Source: Candidatus Shikimatogenerans bostrichidophilus
Lineage (GTDB): Bacteria > Bacteroidota > Bacteroidia > Flavobacteriales > Blattabacteriaceae
DNA length: 64,000 nucleotides
Direction: 5' to 3'
Assembly: GCA_029851325.1 (NCBI GenBank)
Contig: CP099830.1
Location: 84,513 to 148,512 of the forward strand
The position numbers and the translations under genes are program-made. Of the stretch, positions 1 to 9,827 are shown one piece after another. Each line of letters starts with the position of its first letter. Position 1 is the first letter of the stretch. The notes under the pieces were generated by a model, which searched no databases, had not been told where the DNA came from, and was given only the letters and a program-made list of their open reading frames with translations.

Positions 1-1797
1 CAACAATTAGTATTACCTATAAATTATTATAATTTTAATAAAAAAAAAAAGAATAAATTAAATAATAATACCTATTATGAGGGAAATAATAATAATAATA
101 ACAATGAAGTAGATGTATATGAATTTATTAATATTAATGATTTATCATTAATATTAAATGTAGATACGACAGTTATAATAAAAATTTGTTTATCATTAGG
201 TATAATAGTTACAGTAAATTATAGATTAGACAAAGAATTAATTTTATTAATATGTAATGAGTTAGGATATAAAGTAAATTTTATTGATTCTATTAATATT
301 AAGAAAAATACAAACAATAATAAAAAATTAATTAAAAGACCCCCAATAGTAACTATTATGGGGCATGTAGATCATGGAAAAACTTCTTTATTAGATTATA
401 TAAGAAAAACTAATACAATTTCGAAAGAATATGGTTCAATTACTCAACATATAGGTATATATAATGTAAAAATAAAAAAAGATAAAAGTATAACTTTTAT
501 AGATACTCCTGGTCATGAATCTTTTGTCTCTATGAGATATAGGGGGTTAAAAATTACAGATATTGCAATTATAGTAATTTCATCAGATAGTGGGGTTATG
601 AAACAAACTATAGAATGTATTAATAATGCAAAATCAGATAATATACCTATAATATTTGTATTTAGTAAGATAGATAAAAAGAATTCTAATGTAAATAAAA
701 TAAAAGAACAATTATCTAATTTGAATATTTTATTAAAAGATTGGGGGGGGGAATATTTGTCACAAGAAGTTACAACAAAAAATGGATATGGAATAGATAA
801 ATTAATAAAAAAAATATTAATAAAATCTAAAGAACTAAATTTAATTACAAACATTAATACTTTAAGTAGTGGGACTATTATAGAATCTTCTTTAGATAAA
901 GGGAAAGGATATATAGTTAAATTATTAGTACAAAAAGGAATATTAAGATTAGGTGATTATATAATATCTGGGATTTATTATGGTAAAATAAAAAGCATGT
1001 ATAATCAAAATAATATAAAAATTAAGAAAGTATATCCTTCTAATCCTGCTATTGTAATAGGTTTTAATGGAGCTCCATATTCAGGTGAAAAATTTAATGT
1101 ATTTAATAGTGAAAAAATTATAAAGGAGATATCTAATAAAAGAAAATTATTAATAAGAGAACATAATATTAATATTAAAACAAAATATTCAAATAAAAAA
1201 AATACTAATAATTATAAAATATTAAATGTAATTATTAAAGGTGATGTTGATGGATCAATAGATGTAATTTCAGATGAAATACAAAAAATATCTAAAGATA
1301 AAGATATTTTTATAAATATAATACAAAAATCTGTAGGAAATATAACTAAATCGGATATATTATTAGCTGGAGCCTCAAACGCTATAATAATAGGATTTAA
1401 TGTAAAAAAAATTATAAATAAAAAGAAAGATTATTATAATAAAAAAATAGAAATATATATATTTAATTTAATATATGATATTATAGATTTTTTAAAAAAA
1501 AAAATAAAAGATAATATTGATAATAATAAAAATTTTATAGGTAAAGCAAAAGTCATACAAATATTTAAAATAAAAAAAAATAATATATTTGGATGTTTTG
1601 TATTAGAAGGAAAAATATATAAAAAAAATAAAATATTAATTATAAGAAATAATGAAATTATATATGATGGTTATATATTTTCTTTAAAAAGATTTAATAA
1701 AAATGTTAATGAAGTAAAAAAAGGATATGATTTTGGAGTAATTATAAAAAATTTTAATAATATTAAAATTAATGATATAATAAAATGTTATAATTAA
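1..1797 (+). CDS. infB: Translation initiation factor IF-2 (5' end outside window)
   Basis: Frame is open from position 1; RPPIVTIMGHVDHGKTSLLD, DTPGHE and IKGDVDGS motifs; the ORF-track ATG at 358 is internal. Confidence 0.97.
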   Translation, partial: QQLVLPINYYNFNKKKKNKLNNNTYYEGNNNNNNNEVDVYEFININDLSLILNVDTTVIIKICLSLGIIVTVNYRLDKELILLICNELGYKVNFIDSINIKKNTNNNKKLIKRPPIVTIMGHVDHGKTSLLDYIRKTNTISKEYGSITQHIGIYNVKIKKDKSITFIDTPGHESFVSMRYRGLKITDIAIIVISSDSGVMKQTIECINNAKSDNIPIIFVFSKIDKKNSNVNKIKEQLSNLNILLKDWGGEYLSQEVTTKNGYGIDKLIKKILIKSKELNLITNINTLSSGTIIESSLDKGKGYIVKLLVQKGILRLGDYIISGIYYGKIKSMYNQNNIKIKKVYPSNPAIVIGFNGAPYSGEKFNVFNSEKIIKEISNKRKLLIREHNINIKTKYSNKKNTNNYKILNVIIKGDVDGSIDVISDEIQKISKDKDIFINIIQKSVGNITKSDILLAGASNAIIIGFNVKKIINKKKDYYNKKIEIYIFNLIYDIIDFLKKKIKDNIDNNKNFIGKAKVIQIFKIKKNNIFGCFVLEGKIYKKNKILIIRNNEIIYDGYIFSLKRFNKNVNEVKKGYDFGVIIKNFNNIKINDIIKCYN

Positions 1798-2117
1798 ATT
1801 TTTTTATACAATTACTATATTTATTTATTTTAAATGATAAATTATAATAAAAATATATTATATAAGTAGCATATAATGGCTTTAAATTTATTGTTTATAA
1901 TTATATATAGGTTATTATATTAGTAATAAATAAAAATTAGGAAATGAACCTTAATTATTATATTATATTTATTTTAAAAAAAAAATTAGGCTAATTATAA
2001 ATTAAGTAAATAACTATACAGCTATAACTTTATAAAAAGTAAAAAAGAATTATGTATAATATTTTTTTTTTATTTTTAAATTTTATATTTTTAAAAAAAA
2101 AATAAATAATATAAATT

Positions 2118-2213
2118 ATGCCAAATGGAAGAAAAAGAAAAAGAAAAAAAATAGCTACTCATAAAAGAAAAAAAAGAAATAGAAAAAATAGACATAAAAA
2201 AAAAAGAAAATAA
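2118..2213 (+). CDS. Small basic ribosomal protein, bS22/mS38 (AURKAIP1/COX24-like), 31 aa
   Basis: Manual translation MPNGRKRKRKKIATHKRKKRNRKNRHKKKRK matches the Bacteroidota MPxGKKRKRHKxATHKRKKR pattern; below the ORF-track cutoff. Confidence 0.85.
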   Translation: MPNGRKRKRKKIATHKRKKRNRKNRHKKKRK

Positions 2214-2223
2214 TATCTAATTA

Positions 2224-3678
2224 ATGATAAAAAATTTAATAATAAATGTAATAAATAATTATATTAATATAGCAATATTAGAAAATAATAAATTAGTAGA
2301 ATTACATAATAATATAAATATAAATAAAAGAATATATGTAGGGGATATATATATAGGGAAAATTATATATATATATAAAGGGATGAATGCTGTTTTTTTA
2401 GATATAGGATATAATAAATATGGATTTTTAAATTATGATGACATAGGAGTTAATTATTTATCATTAAAGAATAAAAAAATAATAAAAATAAAAAATAAGA
2501 AGAATAATGTAGTAGATATTTTTAAAATAGGACAATATATAATAGTACAAGTAGTTAAAGATACTATATATAATAAAGGGCCAAAATTAACATGTAAAAT
2601 TACATTAATAGGTAGATTTATTATATTGATCCCATATTCTAAAAAACAATTTGTATCTAAAAAAATAAAACAAAAAAAAATCAAGGTAAAATTACCTTAT
2701 AATTTTGGTTGTATAATTAGGACTTTAGCTAAAAAAGAAAAAATAAAAAAAAACAATATAAAATTAGAAATTTATATTTTATTAAAAATATGGTATAAGA
2801 TTTTTTTAAAAATAAAAAATAAAAAAATAAAAAAAGTATATAATAATAATAATATTTTTTATAATATATTTAAAAGGAAAACTATAAATTATAATAATAT
2901 AATTTGTAATAATTATAAATTATGTAATGAAATAAGATTTTATTTGTATGTATTAGATAAAAAAAAAATAAAACTTATAAAATATTATAAAAATAAAAAT
3001 ATATCTATATTTAATAAATATGGGATAGATAAACAAAAAGAAATTTTATTTGGTAAATATATATATTTATCCGATGGATCTAATTTAATTATAGAACAAA
3101 CAGAAGCATTAAACGTAATAGATATAAATAGTAATATGATAAATAATTATAATGCTTTTAAAGTAAATTTATTAGCCATTAAAGAAATAGTTAGGCAAAT
3201 TAGACTAAGAAATATGGGAGGTATAATAATTATAGATCTTATAGATATAAATAAAAAAAAATATAAAAAAAAAATTTATTATGCTATAAAAAAAGAAATG
3301 AAAAATGATGATATTAAACATAAAATATTACCTCCTAGTAAATTTAATTTAATAGAAATTACTAGAGAAAAAAATTCTTATTTTATAAATAAGAAAAAAA
3401 TTAAAATAAAAAATAAATATATATATTTTAATATAAAAAGAATAGAAAATTTTTTATATAATTATTATATAATTAAAAAGAATAGGAATAGAATTTATTT
3501 ATATGTACATCCTTTTATAGCTACATATTTAAAATATGGGTTTTTTTCCTATAGATTAAAATGGTATTTCAAATATAATAAATGGATATCAATAAGTTCT
3601 ATATATTCTTTTAATATTTTAGAATATAAATTTTTAGATATAAAAAACAAATGTATATTTGCGGATGTGGTGGAATAG
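2224..3678 (+). CDS. rng: Ribonuclease E/G family endoribonuclease
   Basis: S1 region GDIYIGKI...AVFLDIG; EQTEALNVIDINS; RQIRLRNMGGIIIIDLID. Confidence 0.93.
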   Translation: MIKNLIINVINNYINIAILENNKLVELHNNININKRIYVGDIYIGKIIYIYKGMNAVFLDIGYNKYGFLNYDDIGVNYLSLKNKKIIKIKNKKNNVVDIFKIGQYIIVQVVKDTIYNKGPKLTCKITLIGRFIILIPYSKKQFVSKKIKQKKIKVKLPYNFGCIIRTLAKKEKIKKNNIKLEIYILLKIWYKIFLKIKNKKIKKVYNNNNIFYNIFKRKTINYNNIICNNYKLCNEIRFYLYVLDKKKIKLIKYYKNKNISIFNKYGIDKQKEILFGKYIYLSDGSNLIIEQTEALNVIDINSNMINNYNAFKVNLLAIKEIVRQIRLRNMGGIIIIDLIDINKKKYKKKIYYAIKKEMKNDDIKHKILPPSKFNLIEITREKNSYFINKKKIKIKNKYIYFNIKRIENFLYNYYIIKKNRNRIYLYVHPFIATYLKYGFFSYRLKWYFKYNKWISISSIYSFNILEYKFLDIKNKCIFADVVE

Positions 3679-3746
3679 GTATACACGCTAGACTTAGGAT
3701 CTAGTTCTATATTATAGAATTAAGGGTTCGAATCCCTTCATCCGCA
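3661..3746 (+). tRNA. tRNA-Leu(TAG)
   Basis: Acceptor GCGGATG/CATCCGC, anticodon arm CTAGA-CTTAGGA-TCTAG, long variable arm, GGTTCGAATCC. Confidence 0.95.
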
Positions 3747-3775
3747 TAGCATGTAAAATAAAAATAAAAAAAATA

Positions 3776-5179
3776 ATGAATAATTATATTATATATAAAA
3801 ATGATAATGATACTATTACAGCTATTTCAAGTCCTTTAGGTATAGGAGCAATATCGATTATAAGAATATCAGGGGATAAATCTATAAAAATTATAAAAAA
3901 AATTTTTGTAAATAAAAAAAAAAAAATTTATAAAGAAAAAGCTAATTTAGGAATTATAAAAGATAATAAAGAAATAATAGATAAAGTAATAATTATATAT
4001 TTTAAAAATCCAAATTCTTATACTGGAGAAGATTTAGTAGAAATTTATTGTCATGGGTCTATTTATATACAAAATAAAATTATAAAAATTATAATAAAGA
4101 ATGGGGGTAGATTGGCTAAAAAGGGGGAATTTACTTATAGGGCATATTTTAATAAAAAGATAACATTATTAGAAGCTGAATCAGTATTAGATACTATAAA
4201 ATGCGAAAATGAAATAGAACATAAAATAGCAATTAATAATTTAATAAAAAATAAATTATATAAGGTTATATTAAAAATACAAAAAAAAATATTGAATATT
4301 TTATCATATATAGAAGTAAATTTAGATTTTATAGAGGAAAATATAAATATAAATAGTAAAAAAATATATAATAAAATATTATATGTAGAGAAAAAAATAA
4401 AAAAATTAATTTATTCTTTTAAAATAAGTTATATAATAAAAAAAGGACTATATATATCTATAATAGGGCCTGTTAATTCAGGGAAATCTACTTTAATGAA
4501 TACGTTAATTAATGAAGATAAATCGATTATATCTAATATACCTGGTACTACTAGAGATATAGTAGAAGGGAATATATTAATAAATAATTTTAATTTTTAT
4601 TTGTTTGATACTGCCGGGATAAGAAAATCTAAATCAAATATTGAAAAAATAGGTATAAAAAAAACATTTAAAAATATAGAGAAATCGAATATAATTTTTT
4701 ATGTATTTGATTATAATTTATTAAAAAAAAATATAAAAAAATTAAAAAAACAAATTATTAATAAATTTTTTAAAAAAGATTTATTATTAATAGCGAATAA
4801 AATAGATTTAAAGAATAATTTAAAATTAAAAAAGATTAGAAAAATTAAAATAAAAAAATATATATATAATATTATTTTTATTTCAGCTAAAAAAAAAATA
4901 GGGATTAAAAATATAATAGATTATTTAAAAAGAAAAATACCTAATAAAATAATTCAAAATAATATCTTAATAAATAATATAAGACATTATGAAGAATTAA
5001 GACAAACATTAAAAAATATAAATAAAATAAAAAAAGATTATTTAAAAAAAAAATCTTTAGAATTTATATCTATAGATTTAAGAAGATCTTTAAAATTTTT
5101 ATATAATATACATGGGAAAAATTTTGATAATAATGAGGTTTTAAATAATATTTTTACTAAATTTTGTATAGGGAAATAA
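3776..5179 (+). CDS. mnmE: tRNA modification GTPase MnmE
   Basis: DTITAISSP, SYTGEDLVEIYCHG, GPVNSGKS, GTTRD, DTAGIR, C-terminal FCIGK. Confidence 0.97.
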   Translation: MNNYIIYKNDNDTITAISSPLGIGAISIIRISGDKSIKIIKKIFVNKKKKIYKEKANLGIIKDNKEIIDKVIIIYFKNPNSYTGEDLVEIYCHGSIYIQNKIIKIIIKNGGRLAKKGEFTYRAYFNKKITLLEAESVLDTIKCENEIEHKIAINNLIKNKLYKVILKIQKKILNILSYIEVNLDFIEENININSKKIYNKILYVEKKIKKLIYSFKISYIIKKGLYISIIGPVNSGKSTLMNTLINEDKSIISNIPGTTRDIVEGNILINNFNFYLFDTAGIRKSKSNIEKIGIKKTFKNIEKSNIIFYVFDYNLLKKNIKKLKKQIINKFFKKDLLLIANKIDLKNNLKLKKIRKIKIKKYIYNIIFISAKKKIGIKNIIDYLKRKIPNKIIQNNILINNIRHYEELRQTLKNINKIKKDYLKKKSLEFISIDLRRSLKFLYNIHGKNFDNNEVLNNIFTKFCIGK

Positions 5180-5194
5180 ATATAATCTAATCTA

Positions 5195-6685
5195 TTATTT
5201 AATAATTATTTGTTTTAAAAAATAATTAATTCTATTTATAATAATTTTATTATTAATTAAGGATAATATATATAACATATTTATCCCTATTAACTTACCA
5301 ACTAAAGATATTCTTAATAATTTTAAATATATTATATTAGAGATTTTATTTAAAAAAATTTCAATTTCTTTTTTTTTTTTTTTTTTTTTAAAAAATAAAA
5401 TTATTTGATTAAAAAAAAATAGTATTTCTGTATATTTTTTTTTTATAAAAAGAGAAATATAATTAGGTATATTAAATTGAATAGGATTTATAAAAAAATA
5501 ATAAGAAACATTCCATATATCATTAATTAAAGAAATTCTATTTTTAGTTAATTTAATAATTTTTTTTAGATATATAGTTTTTATTTTTTTATTGTTTATT
5601 TTTTTTTTTAAAAATTTTAATAAAATATTATCAATAAAGTGAGAATTACTATTATTTATATATTGTTTATTTATCCAACAAAATTTTTTATAATTTAAAT
5701 GGACATCTTTTTTACTAATATTATTCAAATCAAATAATTTTATAATATTGTTAAAAGTATAAATTTCTTTGTTAGCATTAGGAGACCATCCTAATAAAGA
5801 AATTATATTTATAAAAGCCTTTGGTAAAAATCCTTTTTTTTTATAACTATTTTTTATATTAAAATGTTTAGAATTTATTGGATAAATAGGCACAGAATCA
5901 TTATAATTTAATCTTTTACTAATTTTACCTCCAATATCATTTAATATTAAAGGCAAATGGACAAAATTAGGTAAATTCCAATTAAAATAATTATATATAA
6001 GAATATGTATAGGTGTAGAAGATATCCATTCTTTTCCTCTAATTATATGAGAAATTTTCATAATATGATCATCAATAACACTAGCTAAATGATAAGTAGG
6101 AGTTGAATCCGATCTAAATAAGATTTTATCGTCAATTTCATTTGTATTAATTTTTATTTGACCATATACCTTATCATAAAAAATAATATTATAATTTGTA
6201 GGTGTTTTAAGTCTTATTACATAGTTTTTATTTTTTATGTATTTTTTCGTTAAGGTAGAATTTAATGTTAAAGAATTTTTTAATTTATTTCTAGTTAAAG
6301 AATTATATATAAAATTTTTATATTTTGTTTTATATATATTTAATTCTTGTTTTGTTTCAAATGAATAATAAGCAAAGTTATTATTAATTAATTTTTTTAA
6401 ATATTTTTTATATATAAATATTCTTTTTGATTGAATATATGGACAGTACTTACCTTTTTTATGAAACCCTTCATTATATTTTATTTTACACCATTTTAAT
6501 GTCTTTAAGATATAGTTAATAGATTTTTTAATATTTCTTTTTATATCTGTATCTTCTATACGTAAGATAAAATCACCATTATATTTTTTAGCAAATAAAT
6601 AATTATATAAGGCAGTTCTTAGTCCACCGATATGCAATGCACCAGTAGGACTAGGAGCAAATCTTACTCTAATTTTTTTATTCAT
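5195..6685 (-). CDS. gltX: Glutamate--tRNA ligase
   Basis: RVRFAPSPTGALHIGG, LRIEDTD, KISKR. Confidence 0.97.
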   Translation of the reverse strand: MNKKIRVRFAPSPTGALHIGGLRTALYNYLFAKKYNGDFILRIEDTDIKRNIKKSINYILKTLKWCKIKYNEGFHKKGKYCPYIQSKRIFIYKKYLKKLINNNFAYYSFETKQELNIYKTKYKNFIYNSLTRNKLKNSLTLNSTLTKKYIKNKNYVIRLKTPTNYNIIFYDKVYGQIKINTNEIDDKILFRSDSTPTYHLASVIDDHIMKISHIIRGKEWISSTPIHILIYNYFNWNLPNFVHLPLILNDIGGKISKRLNYNDSVPIYPINSKHFNIKNSYKKKGFLPKAFINIISLLGWSPNANKEIYTFNNIIKLFDLNNISKKDVHLNYKKFCWINKQYINNSNSHFIDNILLKFLKKKINNKKIKTIYLKKIIKLTKNRISLINDIWNVSYYFFINPIQFNIPNYISLFIKKKYTEILFFFNQIILFFKKKKKKKEIEIFLNKISNIIYLKLLRISLVGKLIGINMLYILSLINNKIIINRINYFLKQIIIK

Positions 6686-6721
6686 ATTAGTTTAGTTACA
6701 TTATTAATTAATAATATATAT

Positions 6722-6792
6722 GGCACCATGGCCGAGAGGTTAGGCTAAGGTCTGCAAAACCTTATACAGTAGTTCGAATCTACTTGGTGCCT
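6722..6792 (+). tRNA. tRNA-Cys(GCA)
   Basis: Acceptor GGCACCA/TGGTGCC, anticodon arm AAGGT-CTGCAAA-ACCTT, U73. Confidence 0.95.
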
Positions 6793-7454
6793 TTATTTAA
6801 TAATTTTATTTTTTTTTTAATTTTTTTTTTTCTCCATTTATTAATTTTTGTATGATTACCAGATAGTAAAATTTTAGGAACTATCATATTTTTAAAATTA
6901 TATGGTCTAGTATATAATGGATGTTCATATGAATTATTATTAAAAGTATCAGTATAAGTAGATTTTATATTCCCAATTACACCAGGGATTAATCTAATTA
7001 TAGTATCTATAACTATTAAAGTAGATAAATCGCCATTAGACAATATATATTTTCCTATAGAATATTCTTTTGTTATTATATAATCTCTAACTCTTTGATC
7101 TATACCTTTATAATGTCCACATATGAATAATATTTTTTTTTTTTTAGATAATTTAATAGCATCGTTTTGATTATAAATTTTAGAATCTGGGGTTAAAAAA
7201 ATTATATAATCATATTTTTTTTTTAAACTAGAGATACAATTATAAATAGGTTCAATTTTTAGTATCATACCATATCCTCCCCCATATTGATAATCATCTA
7301 TATATATTTTTTTTCCTTTTTTTATACCATATTTTTTTAAATTGAATATATTAATTTTAATTAATTTTTTAATTATAGCTTTATTAATTATAGGATGATA
7401 TTTTATAGAATATTTCCAAAATTTAGGTAATAAAGTAATAATATCAATAATCAT
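6780..7454 (-). CDS. trmD: tRNA (guanine-N1)-methyltransferase
   Basis: IDDYQYGGGYGM, CGHYKGIDQRV, SIGKYILSNGD, HPLYTRP, LLSGNH. Confidence 0.96.
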   Translation of the reverse strand: MIIDIITLLPKFWKYSIKYHPIINKAIIKKLIKINIFNLKKYGIKKGKKIYIDDYQYGGGYGMILKIEPIYNCISSLKKKYDYIIFLTPDSKIYNQNDAIKLSKKKKILFICGHYKGIDQRVRDYIITKEYSIGKYILSNGDLSTLIVIDTIIRLIPGVIGNIKSTYTDTFNNNSYEHPLYTRPYNFKNMIVPKILLSGNHTKINKWRKKKIKKKIKLLNKGTK

Positions 7455-7506
7455 ATTTGCAATTTTTTTTTAATGATATAATAAAAAAGAATAAATTATA
7501 TAGATA

Positions 7507-7580
<74 letters not shown>

Positions 7581-7618
7581 CTAATAATATAATATAAAAA
7601 TAAAAATTAAAAACAAAA

Positions 7619-8433
7619 TTAAAATATCTTAATATTTATAGAATATCCTATATGTTTTCTCATATTTAGTACGGTATTATTTGTAAATATTAAATATTGG
7701 CCTTTAATACCTATTAGCTTATATTGTATAATATTATTGGAGTAATTTAAATTAAATAGTTTAATTTTTTTAGGATATTTAAAAACTGGATATATAAAAT
7801 TGTAAATGGTATTATTTTTATATAAATAATTTTTATATTTTTTATAAAATTTTAAGATAAAATTAAAAATTTTATTTTTAATATTTATTAAGTTAATATT
7901 TTTGAGAAAATTATTAGTTAACATATTAATATAATTAGTTCTATCTGGAATTATTTTTTTACAAATATTTTCTATAATACCTGATAAATATCTATTAGGT
8001 GTTATAGCTAGAATTATAGCTTTTAGAGCCCCTTGATCCATTAATCTATTTAAAAAATTTTTTTTTATAGTTATACCAACTTTTATATTTCCAGTTAATG
8101 ATATATATATAATATGATCTTGTAATTCTATTTTTTTTTCTTTTTTTAAATTAATATGTTCTATATTTAAATGAGAAGTACATTTAGTAGGATGATAAAT
8201 TCCTATATAAAAAGAATTAAAAAAACAATTTTTACAATATCCATCTTTAAAGATAGGGAGTTTATAAAAACATGATATACAACAGGTATAATTAAAAGTA
8301 ATATTTATTACTTTATTAAGTAATAGATTTAATTTAAATTTATAATTTTTATTAAATATTAGATAATATAATAAAGGTTTTTTTTTATAATTTTCATTTT
8401 ATTTGTGATTAAGACATCATTAAGAATATACAT
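7619..8433 (-). CDS. DUF2797-family protein, frameshifted in an A9 tract (about 271 aa if corrected)
   Basis: Main frame is open from 8398 to 7619 (PLLYYL...CCISC...GYCKNC...HIIYISLTGNIKVGIT...DQGA...PNRYLSG...GIKGQYLIF); the ATG at 8433 is in another frame and joins it with one extra A at 8378-8386. Confidence 0.8.
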
Positions 8434-8448
8434 ATTAATAAAAATAAA

Positions 8449-8521
8449 CTCCTCAAGCTGGATTCGAACCAGCTACCTTCTGATTAACAGTCAGATGCTC
8501 TACCAGATGAGCTATTGAGGA
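8449..8521 (-). tRNA. tRNA-Asn(GTT)
   Basis: Acceptor TCCTCAA/TTGAGGA, anticodon arm TCTGA-CTGTTAA-TCAGA. Confidence 0.95.
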
Positions 8522-8586
8522 ATAATAATTAATAAATTATTATTTATTATTATTAATAATAATATAATTAAATTTTAAAAAAAAAT

Positions 8587-9819
8587 ATGAAAAAGATAGA
8601 ATTATTGTCGCCTATTAATAATTATGAATCGTTATACGCTGCTATAGAATCAGGAGCAAATTCTATATATTTTGGAGTAGAACAATTAAATATGAGAGCT
8701 GTGAATAGCAATTTAAAAATTAAAGATATAAGAAAAATATCTAATATATGTAAAAAAAAAAAAATAAAAAAATATTTAACATTAAATACTATAATATATG
8801 ATCATGATATTTTATTAGTAAAAAGAATATTAAAAACATGTAAGAAATATGATATAGATGGGATAATAGCTATGGATAATTTTGTAATAAATTATTCAAA
8901 TAAATTAAATTTACCTATACATATTTCCACACAATTAAATATAACAAATATAGAATCTTTAAAATTTTACTCTAAATATTCAGATGTTATAGTTTTAAGT
9001 AGAGAATTAAATTTAAATCAAATTAAAAATATTTGTAGTTTAATTAAAAAAAATAATATTAAAGGATTTTCGAAAAAAAAAATAAAAATAGAGATATTTT
9101 GTCATGGGTCTTTATGTATGGCTGTATCAGGAAAATGTTATTTAAGTTTACATACTTATAATTCATCTGCTAATAGAGGTGCTTGTAAACAAAATTGTCG
9201 TAGAGAATATTTAGTTAAAGATTATAAATCTAATTTAAGTTATAAAATTAGTAATGAATATATAATGTCTTCTAAAGATTTATGTACTATTAATTTTTTA
9301 GATAAAATTATAGATACTGGGATAAATATATTAAAAATTGAAGGTAGAGGTAAATCCCCTGAATATGTTAGTGTAATTACTAAATGTTATAAAGAAGCGA
9401 TAGAATCTATCGTGAATAAATCTTATACACAAGAGAAAATTAATGATTGGATATATAAATTAAGTTGTGTCTATAATAGAGGTTTTTGGTCAGGATATTA
9501 TTTAGGTCAAAGGATAGGAGAATGGACACAAAATAGTGGATCGTTATCTTTAAAAAAAAAAATATATATAGGAAAAGTAATTAAATTTTATAATAAAATT
9601 AAAGTGATGATAATGTTAATACAATCATATAATTTAGAGATTTTTGATAATATTTATATTATAGGGAATAAAATAGGAGTTAAAGAAACTAAAGTAAAAA
9701 AAATAATTAATAAAAAAAAAAAAGAGGTAAGTGAAGTAAAAAAAGGAGAAATATGTAGTATAAAAGTAGAATTTAAAGTATATACAAATAATAAAATATA
9801 TAAAATAATTAACAATTAA
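8587..9819 (+). CDS. Peptidase U32-family Fe-S hydroxylase (TrhP/RlhA-like)
   Basis: ELLSP, GANSIYFG, HISTQ, LSREL, HGSLCMAVSGKC-x15-C-x3-C, LKIEGR. Confidence 0.92.
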   Translation: MKKIELLSPINNYESLYAAIESGANSIYFGVEQLNMRAVNSNLKIKDIRKISNICKKKKIKKYLTLNTIIYDHDILLVKRILKTCKKYDIDGIIAMDNFVINYSNKLNLPIHISTQLNITNIESLKFYSKYSDVIVLSRELNLNQIKNICSLIKKNNIKGFSKKKIKIEIFCHGSLCMAVSGKCYLSLHTYNSSANRGACKQNCRREYLVKDYKSNLSYKISNEYIMSSKDLCTINFLDKIIDTGINILKIEGRGKSPEYVSVITKCYKEAIESIVNKSYTQEKINDWIYKLSCVYNRGFWSGYYLGQRIGEWTQNSGSLSLKKKIYIGKVIKFYNKIKVMIMLIQSYNLEIFDNIYIIGNKIGVKETKVKKIINKKKKEVSEVKKGEICSIKVEFKVYTNNKIYKIINN

Positions 9820-9827
9820 GTATTAAT

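Noticed and set aside
3654..3661. TATATTTG promoter-like motif before tRNA-Leu
   Set aside because: It overlaps the first tRNA base, so transcription would start inside the tRNA; likely a chance match
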